Assembly (NCBI GenBank): GCA_030668825.1
Contig: DAOVET010000018.1
Location: forward strand, 1-39,416
Length of the DNA: 39,416 bases
DNA from: Candidatus Heimdallarchaeota archaeon
GTDB taxonomy: Archaea > Asgardarchaeota > Heimdallarchaeia > Heimdallarchaeales > Heimdallarchaeaceae
Direction: 5' to 3'
Below, in pieces: positions 27,539-37,038 of the stretch (position 1 is the stretch's first letter; every line of letters starts with the position of its first letter). The position numbers were made by a program, and so were the translations under genes. The notes beneath the pieces were generated by a model. That model was not told the DNA's origin, made no database searches, and worked only from the letters and a program-made list of their open reading frames with translations.

Positions 27539-27865
27539 ATAAATACACACCCTTTCTGTGAGTACAACTTACTATATTGAAACTGTATATATATCTCTTT
27601 CCTCAAATCATGCAGAAACCGACAAAAATGATTTAGAATTTAAAATTAACCTTTTTAGAATAGTTCTAGATAAGGTGTATTTTTTCTGATACCCATCAAT
27701 AATCATCTCAACTAAACATCGTTCATTTAAATAAAATTACAATCATTATCTTCTTTCTTCACTTTGTCTATTTAAAAAATACTATAGAAAGTATTAAAAA
27801 AGCCTTTGAGAATTTTACATATCTGTGAAAACTCATGGAAGTATAAGGTAGTTGGGAGATTGTAG

Positions 27866-28831
27866 ATGCAGACTAGAAGTTCAAAGATATTATCGTTTGA
27901 TAAGAGAGGTATTCCTTTAGTTGTAATAGGCTTACCTCAAGCAGGTAAAACTTCTTTAGTCAGACGTATAAAAACTGGAGAGTTTTTAGAAACTAAACCA
28001 ACTCTTGGAATGCAATTTGAGACAGTAGAGGTAGGAGATGCTCGATTCGATCTTTTTGATCTGGGGGGGCATATTAGCTACAGACAGACAATTTGGGAAA
28101 CGTATACAAAATTGGCCTATGGAGTGATTTTCATCATCGATTCAGCTGACCCTGACCAATTTGATCTGGCAAAAGAAGAGTTCTGGAAAAGCATCAATCT
28201 CAAAGAATCTGCTGATGAATTTACTATTCTTTTTCTATGTAATAAGTCAGATTTAGAAGAAAGTGTTGATCTCGAAACAATCATCAATCATCTTGAACTC
28301 TTCAAACTGGCTGAAAAAGAAAATGCTTCCTACCAGTTTTTCAAAACCTCCATGAAAACTGGAGATAATGTAGATAATGCTCTTCAATGGCTTGTAAATA
28401 ATGCAGCCAAAGTTGTCGCTAAAAGGAGTATTGATCCTCATATGTTCATGCTAGCAGACATAGAAGGTTTTCCCATTTTGGAAATCGATAAAATGGGTTT
28501 AGAAGAAGACCCGTCATTATTAGCTGGTTTTTTGTCTGCAATTGAGAGTTTCAGTCAGCGTATTTTTGGCAAAACAGGAGTTCTACAATATCTGCAATCT
28601 GGTGATTACAAATATATCATTAAAACAGAGAACGAGTATATTTATTCTTTAATCATCCATGATACGGATAGTCAAGAGGAAGCTAGGAGATTGTTGGACC
28701 TAATCAGTGAGAAAGTTCAAGACATGTCCGATTTTGGCATTCTAGAAAGTATTGTTACGCAGATTCTCAAAATCGATCCTTCTGAGTACGTAATGAGAAA
28801 AGGTTTTATTGAAGTCAAAGGGAAAAATTAA
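27866..28831 (+). CDS. Arf/Sar1-like small GTPase fused to a C-terminal longin/roadblock-like domain
   Basis: G1 GLPQAGKT, G2 PTLG, G3 FDLGGH, G4 NKSD, G5 TSMKTG; C-terminal D.EG.PI...DPSLLAGFLSAIESFSQ. Confidence 0.9.
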   Translation: MQTRSSKILSFDKRGIPLVVIGLPQAGKTSLVRRIKTGEFLETKPTLGMQFETVEVGDARFDLFDLGGHISYRQTIWETYTKLAYGVIFIIDSADPDQFDLAKEEFWKSINLKESADEFTILFLCNKSDLEESVDLETIINHLELFKLAEKENASYQFFKTSMKTGDNVDNALQWLVNNAAKVVAKRSIDPHMFMLADIEGFPILEIDKMGLEEDPSLLAGFLSAIESFSQRIFGKTGVLQYLQSGDYKYIIKTENEYIYSLIIHDTDSQEEARRLLDLISEKVQDMSDFGILESIVTQILKIDPSEYVMRKGFIEVKGKN

Positions 28832-28854
28832 AAATTGACTAAATAACTCTCTTC

Positions 28855-30234
28855 TTGAAAACGATGGTACAACACTTTTTTTATCCTGAAACCATTGCAA
28901 TTGTTGGAGCTACAGCTGATCCAAAGAAATTTGGCAACGCTGTTACTGTTAATCTTGTTAAAAATGAAGGTTTGAAGAGTGAATTATTCCCTATCAATCC
29001 TAAATCAGATGAGATATTAGGTTTGCAGAGCTATTCTTCAGTTCTAGATGTTCCAAAAGAAATCGATTTAGCCATAATTCTTGTTCCTTCAAAAGCTGTT
29101 CCTATAGTCGTTGATCAATGCATTGAGAAGAAAGTCAAAAGAATCGTTATTGTATCAGCTGGTTTTGGAGAAATCAATGAGGAGGGAAAAAAGATTCAAG
29201 AAGAAATGGTGAGGAAAGCAACTACAGCAGGTGTTAGGATTATCGGGCCAAATTGTGTTGGGATTATGAATGTCGACATCGGCATGAATGCTTCCTTTGT
29301 AATAACACCCCCCCAAGGCAATGTTAGTATGGCCACTCAATCAGGAAGTTTTGGTGCAGCTTGTCTTTACGAGATGGAATGGCAAGGAATGGGTTTCTCA
29401 AAATTTGCTAATCTCGGGAACATGACTGACATCAATTTGACAGATTTAATCCAATACTTCAAAGATGATAAAGCAACTCAAGTTGTTTGTATCTATTTGG
29501 AAAATGTTGTGGATGGAAGGAAATTTTATGAGACTCTTAAGGAAATAACTCAAGTCAAACCAACAATTATTCTGAAAGGAGGAAGAACTTCTGCAGGAGC
29601 TAAAGCTGCATCTAGTCACACAGGATCGATAGCTACAGACTATAGTTCTCTTAAAGCAGCTGTAAAGCAAGCTGGAGCTACTCTCTGCGAAAGTATGAAT
29701 GATTACGTAACGGCTATCAAAGCGTTTTCCAATTCCCCTCTTCCAGCTGGTAATCGTGTAGGGTTGTTTACTAATAGTGGTGGAAGTGCCGTTCTCTTCA
29801 GTGACAACTTAGATGAATTCGGTTTGGAATTAGCTGAATTTAGTGCTGAATTCAAAGAAAAAATTAATCCCTTTGTTATACCTCTTGTAAAGAAAGTTAA
29901 TCCTTTAGATATGATAGCTGGAGCGAGAGGGGAAGAATTCTATCAAGTAGCTAAAGCTATGTTTGAAGATCCTAATATTGACATCGTTATCCCATGTGTA
30001 GTAATTCCCACATTCTTAGAGATGCAACCTGATGAACACTTTAAAGGTGTAATTCGTGCTTGGAACGACACAGGTAGAAAGAAACCTATCTTACCAATTT
30101 TCATGAGTGGGAAGTTAATGGAACCAGTAAAGAAAATTGCAGCAGAAGAAAATGCACCAATTTTTATGTCTCCAAAAGAAGCAGCATTCGCAGCTAAAGT
30201 GTTAATAGACAGAATGAAAAAATTTCAGAAGTAA
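28855..30234 (+). CDS. acdA: ADP-forming acetate/acyl-CoA ligase, alpha subunit
   Basis: P.TIAIVGAT, PINPK, SAGFGE, RIIGPNC.G, QSG, KGGRT.AG..AASSHTGS (phospho-His), TNSGG, NPLD. Confidence 0.9.
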   Translation: MKTMVQHFFYPETIAIVGATADPKKFGNAVTVNLVKNEGLKSELFPINPKSDEILGLQSYSSVLDVPKEIDLAIILVPSKAVPIVVDQCIEKKVKRIVIVSAGFGEINEEGKKIQEEMVRKATTAGVRIIGPNCVGIMNVDIGMNASFVITPPQGNVSMATQSGSFGAACLYEMEWQGMGFSKFANLGNMTDINLTDLIQYFKDDKATQVVCIYLENVVDGRKFYETLKEITQVKPTIILKGGRTSAGAKAASSHTGSIATDYSSLKAAVKQAGATLCESMNDYVTAIKAFSNSPLPAGNRVGLFTNSGGSAVLFSDNLDEFGLELAEFSAEFKEKINPFVIPLVKKVNPLDMIAGARGEEFYQVAKAMFEDPNIDIVIPCVVIPTFLEMQPDEHFKGVIRAWNDTGRKKPILPIFMSGKLMEPVKKIAAEENAPIFMSPKEAAFAAKVLIDRMKKFQK

Positions 30235-30470
30235 GATTCAAGGATTAATTCCTTTACCTTCTCAGCATCCTCAATATATTTGGGGTTGAGTTCTTTTCTT
30301 TTTTCCATAAAAGAATCCAAATCTTTTTCTCCCTTAATATATCCTCTCTCTATGAGTTTCAGTGTAGAAAGTAAAAGAGTTATGCTTACCCTATCCCTTA
30401 AGCACTTATGAATTAAAGGGATAGACTTCTCAAAAACTCTGTTGTTTCGAATATTGTCGGGAGCAACCAT
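30225..30470 (-). CDS. Small hypothetical protein
   Basis: 81-aa ORF with TTTAAA about 25 nt upstream; convergent 10-nt overlap with acdA. Confidence 0.65.
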   Translation of the reverse strand: MVAPDNIRNNRVFEKSIPLIHKCLRDRVSITLLLSTLKLIERGYIKGEKDLDSFMEKRKELNPKYIEDAEKVKELILESYF

Positions 30471-30571
30471 TATACAACATTTGAGCTATAATTATTTAAA
30501 GATGTGTCAGACTGCTTGAATACCGCTTCTAAACTCAAAATGGGGTATTTTTCTCATCCTGCAACCTAAGA

Positions 30572-30817
30572 TTAAGGAAGACTACTATTTTGATTTCCTC
30601 TTCTTTTGTCAAGTATTCTTGAACCTATGATGTAAAACACTGCAAATGTACAAGCAAAGAGAAAAGCTATTATTCCCCAAACAAAAGTAGGCCAATCTCC
30701 ATAAGCTTTTTCAATTGCTAGAAAAGCGAAAGTTAGAGATATAGTAATAATTATGGTCCCCAATGTTGCATATGATGAAAGGATTAAGACATCTCTTTTA
30801 GCTTCTTTATTACTCAG
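30572..30817 (-). CDS. Small 2-TM membrane protein
   Basis: Frame stays open 18 codons upstream of the ORF-track TTG, to a CTG at 30817 overlapping the previous stop. True start uncertain. Confidence 0.6.
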   Translation of the reverse strand: MSNKEAKRDVLILSSYATLGTIIITISLTFAFLAIEKAYGDWPTFVWGIIAFLFACTFAVFYIIGSRILDKRRGNQNSSLP

Positions 30818-31091
30818 TTTTAACTACCTCTGGTTCTTCTTCACCCTCTAGTCTTTCTCCATACTTTAATTGGTCACCTAATGGCTTAGAAATCAGTATT
30901 GGCTTTCGTAATTTAAGAATTGTTTTTGCACCTATAAATGAAATGCCTAAATCAAAAAGAACAGATGCAATCCAGAAAGAAATATTGTTTGTATAAGCTG
31001 CTAGAACAAGTATCATGATAACCAATACTAAAAGTAAAAAACTGAGTGTGGGGACGAGTAAAGGATGATGTTGAGGTTTTAGTTTAAGCAT
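30810..31091 (-). CDS. Small 2-TM membrane protein
   Basis: Two hydrophobic helices; tightly packed in an operon. Confidence 0.7.
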   Translation of the reverse strand: MLKLKPQHHPLLVPTLSFLLLVLVIMILVLAAYTNNISFWIASVLFDLGISFIGAKTILKLRKPILISKPLGDQLKYGERLEGEEEPEVVKTE

Positions 31092-31096
31092 AATGA

Positions 31097-31420
31097 TCAG
31101 CTATTTTTTTCTAAGGATTCCATAGATTGGATTTTCTGTAATTCTTGTATTTCCATTTTCTCTTTATGCATTATTAAGGATATCAATTTGACACTAATAT
31201 AAGTTAAAATGATAAAGAAGAGCCAACCAAAAAGAATCCAGAGAGAGTATTTTCCTAATTCGTTCCACTTACCCATAAAACTAATCAAAGTAACAAAGAT
31301 GAGAATAGTTCCTAATAGAAGGACAATGCTAATTAGGATAATCTTTCCTACAAGGGATTGTTTTCTAAACTTAATCATATCTGTCCATGATTTTTCAGAC
31401 TTTTTCTTAGAGGAACTCAT
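31097..31420 (-). CDS. Small 2-TM membrane protein
   Basis: Two hydrophobic helices; first gene of a three-gene operon, TTATAA upstream. Confidence 0.7.
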   Translation of the reverse strand: MSSSKKKSEKSWTDMIKFRKQSLVGKIILISIVLLLGTILIFVTLISFMGKWNELGKYSLWILFGWLFFIILTYISVKLISLIMHKEKMEIQELQKIQSMESLEKNS

Positions 31421-31500
31421 TGAGATAATTCTATGAATGTTAAGATGATTATAAGTTTTTGTAGATGGTTGGTCAACAAATCTGTTAGTATTTAGATTCC

Positions 31501-31537
31501 AAAATAAAGGAAAAAAAGGTTGAACTTAGGTTCAACC
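31501..31537 (-). terminator. Hairpin plus U-tract terminator
   Basis: GGTTGAAC-CTAA-GTTCAACC perfect 8-bp stem covering the stop codon, followed by TTTTTTTCCTTTATTTT on the minus strand. Confidence 0.6.
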
Positions 31538-32551
31538 ATGTAACTTCTCTAGAAGCTTGAGTAAGATCATCTGTTTTTCTAAAGGTAAAGAATCCTTGGA
31601 ATGAGCTCTAATTGAAAGAGCTTCTAATGCTCTAAATATCCAATCTAATTCTGAACGTACTAGACTATATGCTTCCAGAGCTGTGAGTCCTGGAAGTTGA
31701 GTAGCTATGTCTTGGAAATATTGAGAGGAAAGACCACCGTAAACTATTCCATCATCTAGATTAGCGATAATCAGACTGTGGGAGGGGATCAAACCTCTGA
31801 AGTCGTTTGTACCTATGATATCGAAGCCTTTTTCATAATTGTGTGACCATAACTTAACTTTGAGCAGTTTAGTTGGTGACAGAAAACGTAGCGACTGTAC
31901 CATTGTTTCAACAACATTCCTATTTCCTGCCACAACCACAGGAATGCCTATAACTAAACCATACAGGATTTTATCTAATCCTTCAGGTAATAGTCTTCCA
32001 ATTACTTCAAATGAGAGGAAATCTATGTTTCCTTCTAAAGCGCCATCTTTTGCAACGTTCTTCAGTTTAATTAATGAATCATAATCTGTTAAATCAGTTT
32101 TTTCGAAAATAGTAATCATATTACGTTGAATGTTAGATAGATATTCAGCTAAACAAGATTTGATATTTTTACCTATTTCATTTTCATAACGTAAAGCTTC
32201 AAAAGCATGGAACTTGTGTTTGATTTGAACACTCTTAAACTCAGCTAGTAGAAGGGGTAAGATGTTGCCATTGAATGGGGATTCAATGTCAGCTAAAATA
32301 GAAGCGACAAGATCGTTCTCGTAATAAAAATAGAGTATTTTACCCTCATATTCTATTTCTCGAGGGAAAGAACAGACAACTTCGGAAGATAGAGCGATAA
32401 TAGCACTAATGAGTCCTGTGACTAAGGCATTATCATGAACTACACTATCTGGTAGGGAATCGTACTGATACAGTAACTCCCCATTTTTTGTTGTGATAAG
32501 GATCTTCACTTCTGTCACTCTACTTACTGAATTAAATGCAATCACTAACAC
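31532..32551 (-). CDS. Longin-like N-terminal domain plus DENN/folliculin-like C-terminal domain protein
   Basis: ILI...GELLYQY...D.ALVTGLISAI..LS.EV (longin-like); GLDKILYGLVIGIPVVVAG resembles the cDENN core. Fold call is by eye. Confidence 0.6.
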   Translation of the reverse strand: MLVIAFNSVSRVTEVKILITTKNGELLYQYDSLPDSVVHDNALVTGLISAIIALSSEVVCSFPREIEYEGKILYFYYENDLVASILADIESPFNGNILPLLLAEFKSVQIKHKFHAFEALRYENEIGKNIKSCLAEYLSNIQRNMITIFEKTDLTDYDSLIKLKNVAKDGALEGNIDFLSFEVIGRLLPEGLDKILYGLVIGIPVVVAGNRNVVETMVQSLRFLSPTKLLKVKLWSHNYEKGFDIIGTNDFRGLIPSHSLIIANLDDGIVYGGLSSQYFQDIATQLPGLTALEAYSLVRSELDWIFRALEALSIRAHSKDSLPLEKQMILLKLLEKLHG

Positions 32552-32730
32552 ACCATGTAAATAACTGCACTCCGTCTGCCTTTTATTTATTAATAATACG
32601 TAGATATTAACCCCAAATAACTACAAGTATACATTAGGCATTTTTTTCTTTTAAATCGTTTGGAAAAGGTAAGTAACAGAAAATGATTAAAAATACGACA
32701 TAAATCTTATAGCGTAGATAAAGTGGTGTT

Positions 32731-33087
32731 TTACCACATCCACCAAAATACTCCAAAGAATATTGCAAAGAATATAGCAGGTAATACTAAGAAGAAGATA
32801 ATTAGTAGTGCTTTGACAGCTGGAGACATTCCACCTCGTTTTTGGGGGGGATAAGGATATTGGGTTCCTGGTACTGCATCATAACTTCCTGACATACTTG
32901 AACCCTGTTGACCTTGGTGTTGAGGTTGATATGGTTGATAAGGTTGACCATATTGAGGTTGCGCAGGCTGATAAGGTTGATTCTGAGGAGGACCATCAGG
33001 AGTACTAATTTGCTGACCACAATTTTCACAAAACCTATTAGAGGAAACATTTTTAGCTCCACAATATTGGCAAAACATCGAACTCAT
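32731..33087 (-). CDS. Zinc-ribbon + Pro/Gln/Tyr-rich linker + C-terminal TM protein
   Basis: FCQYCG...FCENCG; PQYGQPYQPYQ; hydrophobic C-terminus. Confidence 0.85.
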   Translation of the reverse strand: MSSMFCQYCGAKNVSSNRFCENCGQQISTPDGPPQNQPYQPAQPQYGQPYQPYQPQHQGQQGSSMSGSYDAVPGTQYPYPPQKRGGMSPAVKALLIIFFLVLPAIFFAIFFGVFWWMW

Positions 33088-33903
33088 TTTTCTTTCAAGA
33101 TTCTATTGTTACAACGATTATTTAAAATAATCCTTTTGGATAAATGAAAAAAAAGAGATATCATACTTCATTAAATATATTTTCAGTACACTATTCTACA
33201 AAACAGTTTTAAATGTGTACTAGATTTGAGATATCATAAATTGGGGTTTTCTTATGTCAAATGTAACAAATGCACCTGAATCTGTCTCCACTGTCTTCAA
33301 GGTTACAGCTGGAGTTCTTATAATATCCGCTCTTTTGGACCTGATATCTGAACTAGTTCCTAGTACAGGACTAGTTTGGACTTGGATGGTTTTTTACTAT
33401 TTAGGATTTGTAGTTTTTGCTTATTTACTCTACAAAACCGGTGAAACATATCACAATGCTAAAAACAGCCTTAATGGAGCTATGGTAGTTCTGATCATTT
33501 CTCTTATTCTAAATCTTATCCTCTTCTTAGGAATGTGGTTTGGTTGGTATCTATTGTTCTATACATATATTGGAGTAATCATGATTTTTGCTGCATCAAT
33601 CCTTCGAGGAATAGCTTTTACTATGGCTCATGTTGGATTCACAAAAGTCAGCAAAAAAATAGGTAATCCAATTTATGTTATCTTTGGATGGGTAGATTTG
33701 GTTTTTCTAACAATCTTCTGGGTAACCTCTCCCCCAGTTGATGATTTAGTTTCAGATATTGGTACCTATGTCGACATTGCTTTGTTAGCACTTATAGCAG
33801 TTGTATTAGTTGTTAAATCAAATGATATCAAACAAATAACTGCTCAACCTCGACTTTTGCCTGCTGCGCCTCAATATGGTCAACCTTATCAACAATATCA
33901 ACC
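32924..33903. repeat. 35-bp inverted repeat pair (32924-32958 and 33869-33903)
   Basis: CCTCAATATGGTCAACCTTATCAAC(C/A)ATATCAACC, 34/35 identical, in the same reading frame in both divergent genes. Confidence 0.85.
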
Positions 33904-34045
33904 ACCTCAGACTCAGCAAACTCAACCTACTCAAGCATATGTTCCTCAAGCTGCTCAACCAGCAAAAGCATTTTGTTCACATTGTGGAGGAACGATAAGT
34001 GGCGATGACAAATTCTGCGAAACTTGCGGGGCAAAAGTGGAATAG
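33254..34045 (+). CDS. Multi-TM protein + Pro/Gln/Tyr-rich linker + C-terminal zinc ribbon
   Basis: About 6 TM helices; PQYGQPYQQYQ; FCSHCG...FCETCG. Confidence 0.85.
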   Translation: MSNVTNAPESVSTVFKVTAGVLIISALLDLISELVPSTGLVWTWMVFYYLGFVVFAYLLYKTGETYHNAKNSLNGAMVVLIISLILNLILFLGMWFGWYLLFYTYIGVIMIFAASILRGIAFTMAHVGFTKVSKKIGNPIYVIFGWVDLVFLTIFWVTSPPVDDLVSDIGTYVDIALLALIAVVLVVKSNDIKQITAQPRLLPAAPQYGQPYQQYQPPQTQQTQPTQAYVPQAAQPAKAFCSHCGGTISGDDKFCETCGAKVE

Positions 34046-34202
34046 AAAAATATTTCTTTTTCTTTTTTCTTACAACAATTACTTCAGTAGTCATTTGAAT
34101 TAGAAATTGATCAAATAAAATATTTTGAGGAAATTATACTCTTTCAAAACTATATTTTTTTAAAAGGTTGATTTTCTTTATTTTTGGAGTTAAGATTTCC
34201 CC

Positions 34203-35288
34203 ATGAACTGGTTTGTTATTACTAGTACAAAATGCAATCTCAGATGTCGTTATTGTATGAATGAACCTCATCCCGATCTACCAATCCAACCAGCTTGGAA
34301 AACCCAAGATTTAGTTGATTTTCTTTCTCAAGATAAATCACCTACTATCTGTTTCTACGGAGGAGAACCCCTTCTAGAAATAAATAAAATACTAGAAATT
34401 ATGAATCAAATAGATGCAGAACATTACACTCTACAAACAAATGGTTTGCTCTTAAACAAACTTCCAACCGAATACTTAACTCGATTTTCTACAATTCTTG
34501 TATCTATTGATGGTGACGAAGAAACAACTGATGTTAACAGAGGGAAGGGAACCTATGATAAATTGTCAATCAACATCAAGGATATTCGTTCAAGAGGTTT
34601 TACAGGAGATCTAATTGCTAGGATGACAATCTCAGAAACCTCTGAGATCTACAGAGATGTTGTTTATTTGATTGAAAATGCAGAATTGACTTTTGATCAC
34701 GTTCACTGGCAGTTAGATGTCGAATGGGATGAGGGAATGGAAACAAGATGGGATGATTTTCCTGAATGGATGCTGAAGTATAATGAAGGAATTTCTCGTT
34801 TAGTAGATTATTGGGTCACAAATTTGGAAAGGGGAAAAAACAAGGGTATGGTTCCCTTATTGGGTATTTTTAGACATATCCTAAACAACACATCAACAGA
34901 TCTGCCTTGTGAAGCAGGGTTGAGAAGTTTCGCGATTAGAACAGATGGTAAGATATCTTTTTGTCCTCTTCCACCTGAATACGAGTTCTCAGTTGTAGGA
35001 GATATAGAGAAAAATAGCCCATCTGAGCTAGAGGATGTTATTGGAGTGGGCAAAACCTGTCTAGAATGCGAGGTTTACAATATATGTGGTGGAAGATGCC
35101 TTTTTGCTGAAAAAACCAAGCTCTGGGGTGAAAAAGGGTTTGATTTAGTTTGTGGAACAGTTAAGCATCTAATAAGAGAGCTCCAATCTATCAAACCGAG
35201 AGTCGAAAATCTAATTCAGAAAGGAATTGTAAAACGAGTAGATTTTGACTATCCAAAATACAACAATACAACTGAAATAATTCCTTAA
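34203..35288 (+). CDS. Radical SAM/SPASM protein, AF0577 (TIGR04084-like) family
   Basis: CNLRCRYC, FYGGEP, QTNG, SIDG, ARMT, HWQLD, C..C.....CGGRC and the family-typical C-terminus YN..EIIP. Confidence 0.85.
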   Translation: MNWFVITSTKCNLRCRYCMNEPHPDLPIQPAWKTQDLVDFLSQDKSPTICFYGGEPLLEINKILEIMNQIDAEHYTLQTNGLLLNKLPTEYLTRFSTILVSIDGDEETTDVNRGKGTYDKLSINIKDIRSRGFTGDLIARMTISETSEIYRDVVYLIENAELTFDHVHWQLDVEWDEGMETRWDDFPEWMLKYNEGISRLVDYWVTNLERGKNKGMVPLLGIFRHILNNTSTDLPCEAGLRSFAIRTDGKISFCPLPPEYEFSVVGDIEKNSPSELEDVIGVGKTCLECEVYNICGGRCLFAEKTKLWGEKGFDLVCGTVKHLIRELQSIKPRVENLIQKGIVKRVDFDYPKYNNTTEIIP

Positions 35289-35289
35289 T

Positions 35290-36237
35290 TCAGATTTTCC
35301 AAAGAGTGTCAACAATTGTAGATTCCCCATCTTCAAATTGTCTTAGAATTCCATCCTTAACTAGCTCATCGATTTCAACGGAAACCTTCTGTTGAGTCGC
35401 TTTAACTTGGGTTATGAGTGAATCTAAGGTAATCCCTCCATTACTATGTTCTTTCAGAACTATCAGAACAACTTCCCTCCGAAGGTCTGGTAAAGAAAGA
35501 ATTGCTTTCATATCAAAATAGTCGGGTTCCTTATTATGTTCAATTATGTCTTGAAGCTGTGAAGACAATTTAGAGAGTGTCGCCATATTAAAGTCATCAA
35601 GCTCGAAGATCCAGTTACTTAATCTCTGAATTAAGAGCTCAATTTTAGAAAAACTGTCATTAAATTTCTGGTAATAATCTTGAGAAAGAATAAGGAATAA
35701 TAAAACAGGGATTTTTGCACCAGACTCGTCATCAATGAGTAAATTAACAGGAGAAACCCATTTCTTAGTATCTTCAACATAAAATGGTTCAAGGAATTGG
35801 TTGATCTCAGCTTCAGTATTAGCAAAGAAAGCAACGAAGAAATCTTGAGTGAAATTGTCCAACAGTAACTGCTCAGAAGCTAAGGGTTTGATAGTAGAAT
35901 AATTCATAGTGTAATTTCCCTTAATGTCGCGATAACTAACAAGATTGAATTCTAAAGCTTCAGAGATGGATCTATGGACCTTCTGAATGGTAACTCGAAG
36001 ACGAGAAGGAAGTCGTTTATCGGGAAGGAAAGATTTGATGTGACCTATGGTTATGTGTCTAGAAGAAGAGAGTTTTTTATCAAAGGGGTAAGTCTTATCA
36101 TCAGTTAGAAGTTGAATATAACCTTCAATTCTGTCACCAGTTTCGATGTAAGTAAGCATGGTAGGAATAGTGATTCGATTAGCAGAGGTTACAGAAGATT
36201 CAAAGGTATAAGGTAACTTCATTTCAACACTTTCCAT
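35290..36237 (-). CDS. Hypothetical protein, possible AbrB/MraZ-like N-terminus and C-terminal winged helix
   Basis: Duplicated SANRITIP / SSRHITIG motif; C-terminal RREVVLI...ITLDSL...VS.EIDELVKDGIL. Confidence 0.55.
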   Translation of the reverse strand: MESVEMKLPYTFESSVTSANRITIPTMLTYIETGDRIEGYIQLLTDDKTYPFDKKLSSSRHITIGHIKSFLPDKRLPSRLRVTIQKVHRSISEALEFNLVSYRDIKGNYTMNYSTIKPLASEQLLLDNFTQDFFVAFFANTEAEINQFLEPFYVEDTKKWVSPVNLLIDDESGAKIPVLLFLILSQDYYQKFNDSFSKIELLIQRLSNWIFELDDFNMATLSKLSSQLQDIIEHNKEPDYFDMKAILSLPDLRREVVLIVLKEHSNGGITLDSLITQVKATQQKVSVEIDELVKDGILRQFEDGESTIVDTLWKI

Positions 36238-36288
36238 TCTAAGTAAAGTAAGAAAAAAGACAAATTACCAGATAAAAAGTTTTGTCTG

Positions 36289-37038
36289 TCATATTTCAAT
36301 CTGCTCTGGTTCAGTGGTTTCTTTGGGAACAGGTTCAAAGCCCTTCTTGAAAGGTTTGATTTTACGATTGAAAACTTCTTTCTCAGCTAAGTAAATAAGA
36401 GCAATGCAATAAAGAAGGAAGTTGATCAGAGGGAGGAAATAACCCCAGACACCGATAGCTACAATGAAGCAGAAAAATCCTACTAAGAAGAGGAAGATAA
36501 GCTCAGCGTGTTTAGCGGTTGCAGTTGTGAATGGAAGGAGTAAATCAGCAAAATCTGGAAGAGCAAAAAAGCAAAAGCAGATTATGAGATAAATTATTAG
36601 CCATCTACCAACAGGAAAATTAATCCAGTTAAAGAAAACTATCAAATCAGGATGAAATTGAATAAGCAAAATGACAACAACTATGTTCATCAGCGGAGCT
36701 ATGCCGATTAATAGGGCGTGCCAGACATTTTTGAGATCTCCTGAAAGACTCTGACTCGACACATCTCGAAGCGTCATGCTCATATGAAAACTCACCTTGA
36801 TGTCATATCCTAACATTCTGATAGCGAGTGAATGCCAAAGCATATGAAACCAACTCCCAGGGAAAAAGATGATGTTGAGATATTTCTTCAGTCCTCTGAA
36901 TAACCAATCAGAAAGAACATCGAACAATAACTTTGCTATAAAAAGGGATAGGAGAGCAAGAAAAGTTATTCTTGCAGCACCTGTAAATATTCCGACGAAT
37001 GCTTCATAGATATCTAGAATGAATGGAGGTATTGCCAT
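36289..37038 (-). CDS. Membrane protein, zincin/M50-like fold lacking the catalytic Glu
   Basis: FPG..FHMLWH..A...LG and IGIAP motifs with several TM helices; HExxH replaced by HMLWH. Confidence 0.6.
   Translation of the reverse strand: MAIPPFILDIYEAFVGIFTGAARITFLALLSLFIAKLLFDVLSDWLFRGLKKYLNIIFFPGSWFHMLWHSLAIRMLGYDIKVSFHMSMTLRDVSSQSLSGDLKNVWHALLIGIAPLMNIVVVILLIQFHPDLIVFFNWINFPVGRWLIIYLIICFCFFALPDFADLLLPFTTATAKHAELIFLFLVGFFCFIVAIGVWGYFLPLINFLLYCIALIYLAEKEVFNRKIKPFKKGFEPVPKETTEPEQIEI

Noticed and set aside
4434-35834. Numerous 60-110 aa ORFs antisense to or nested in long genes
   Set aside because: Shadow frames of well-supported genes with no motifs.
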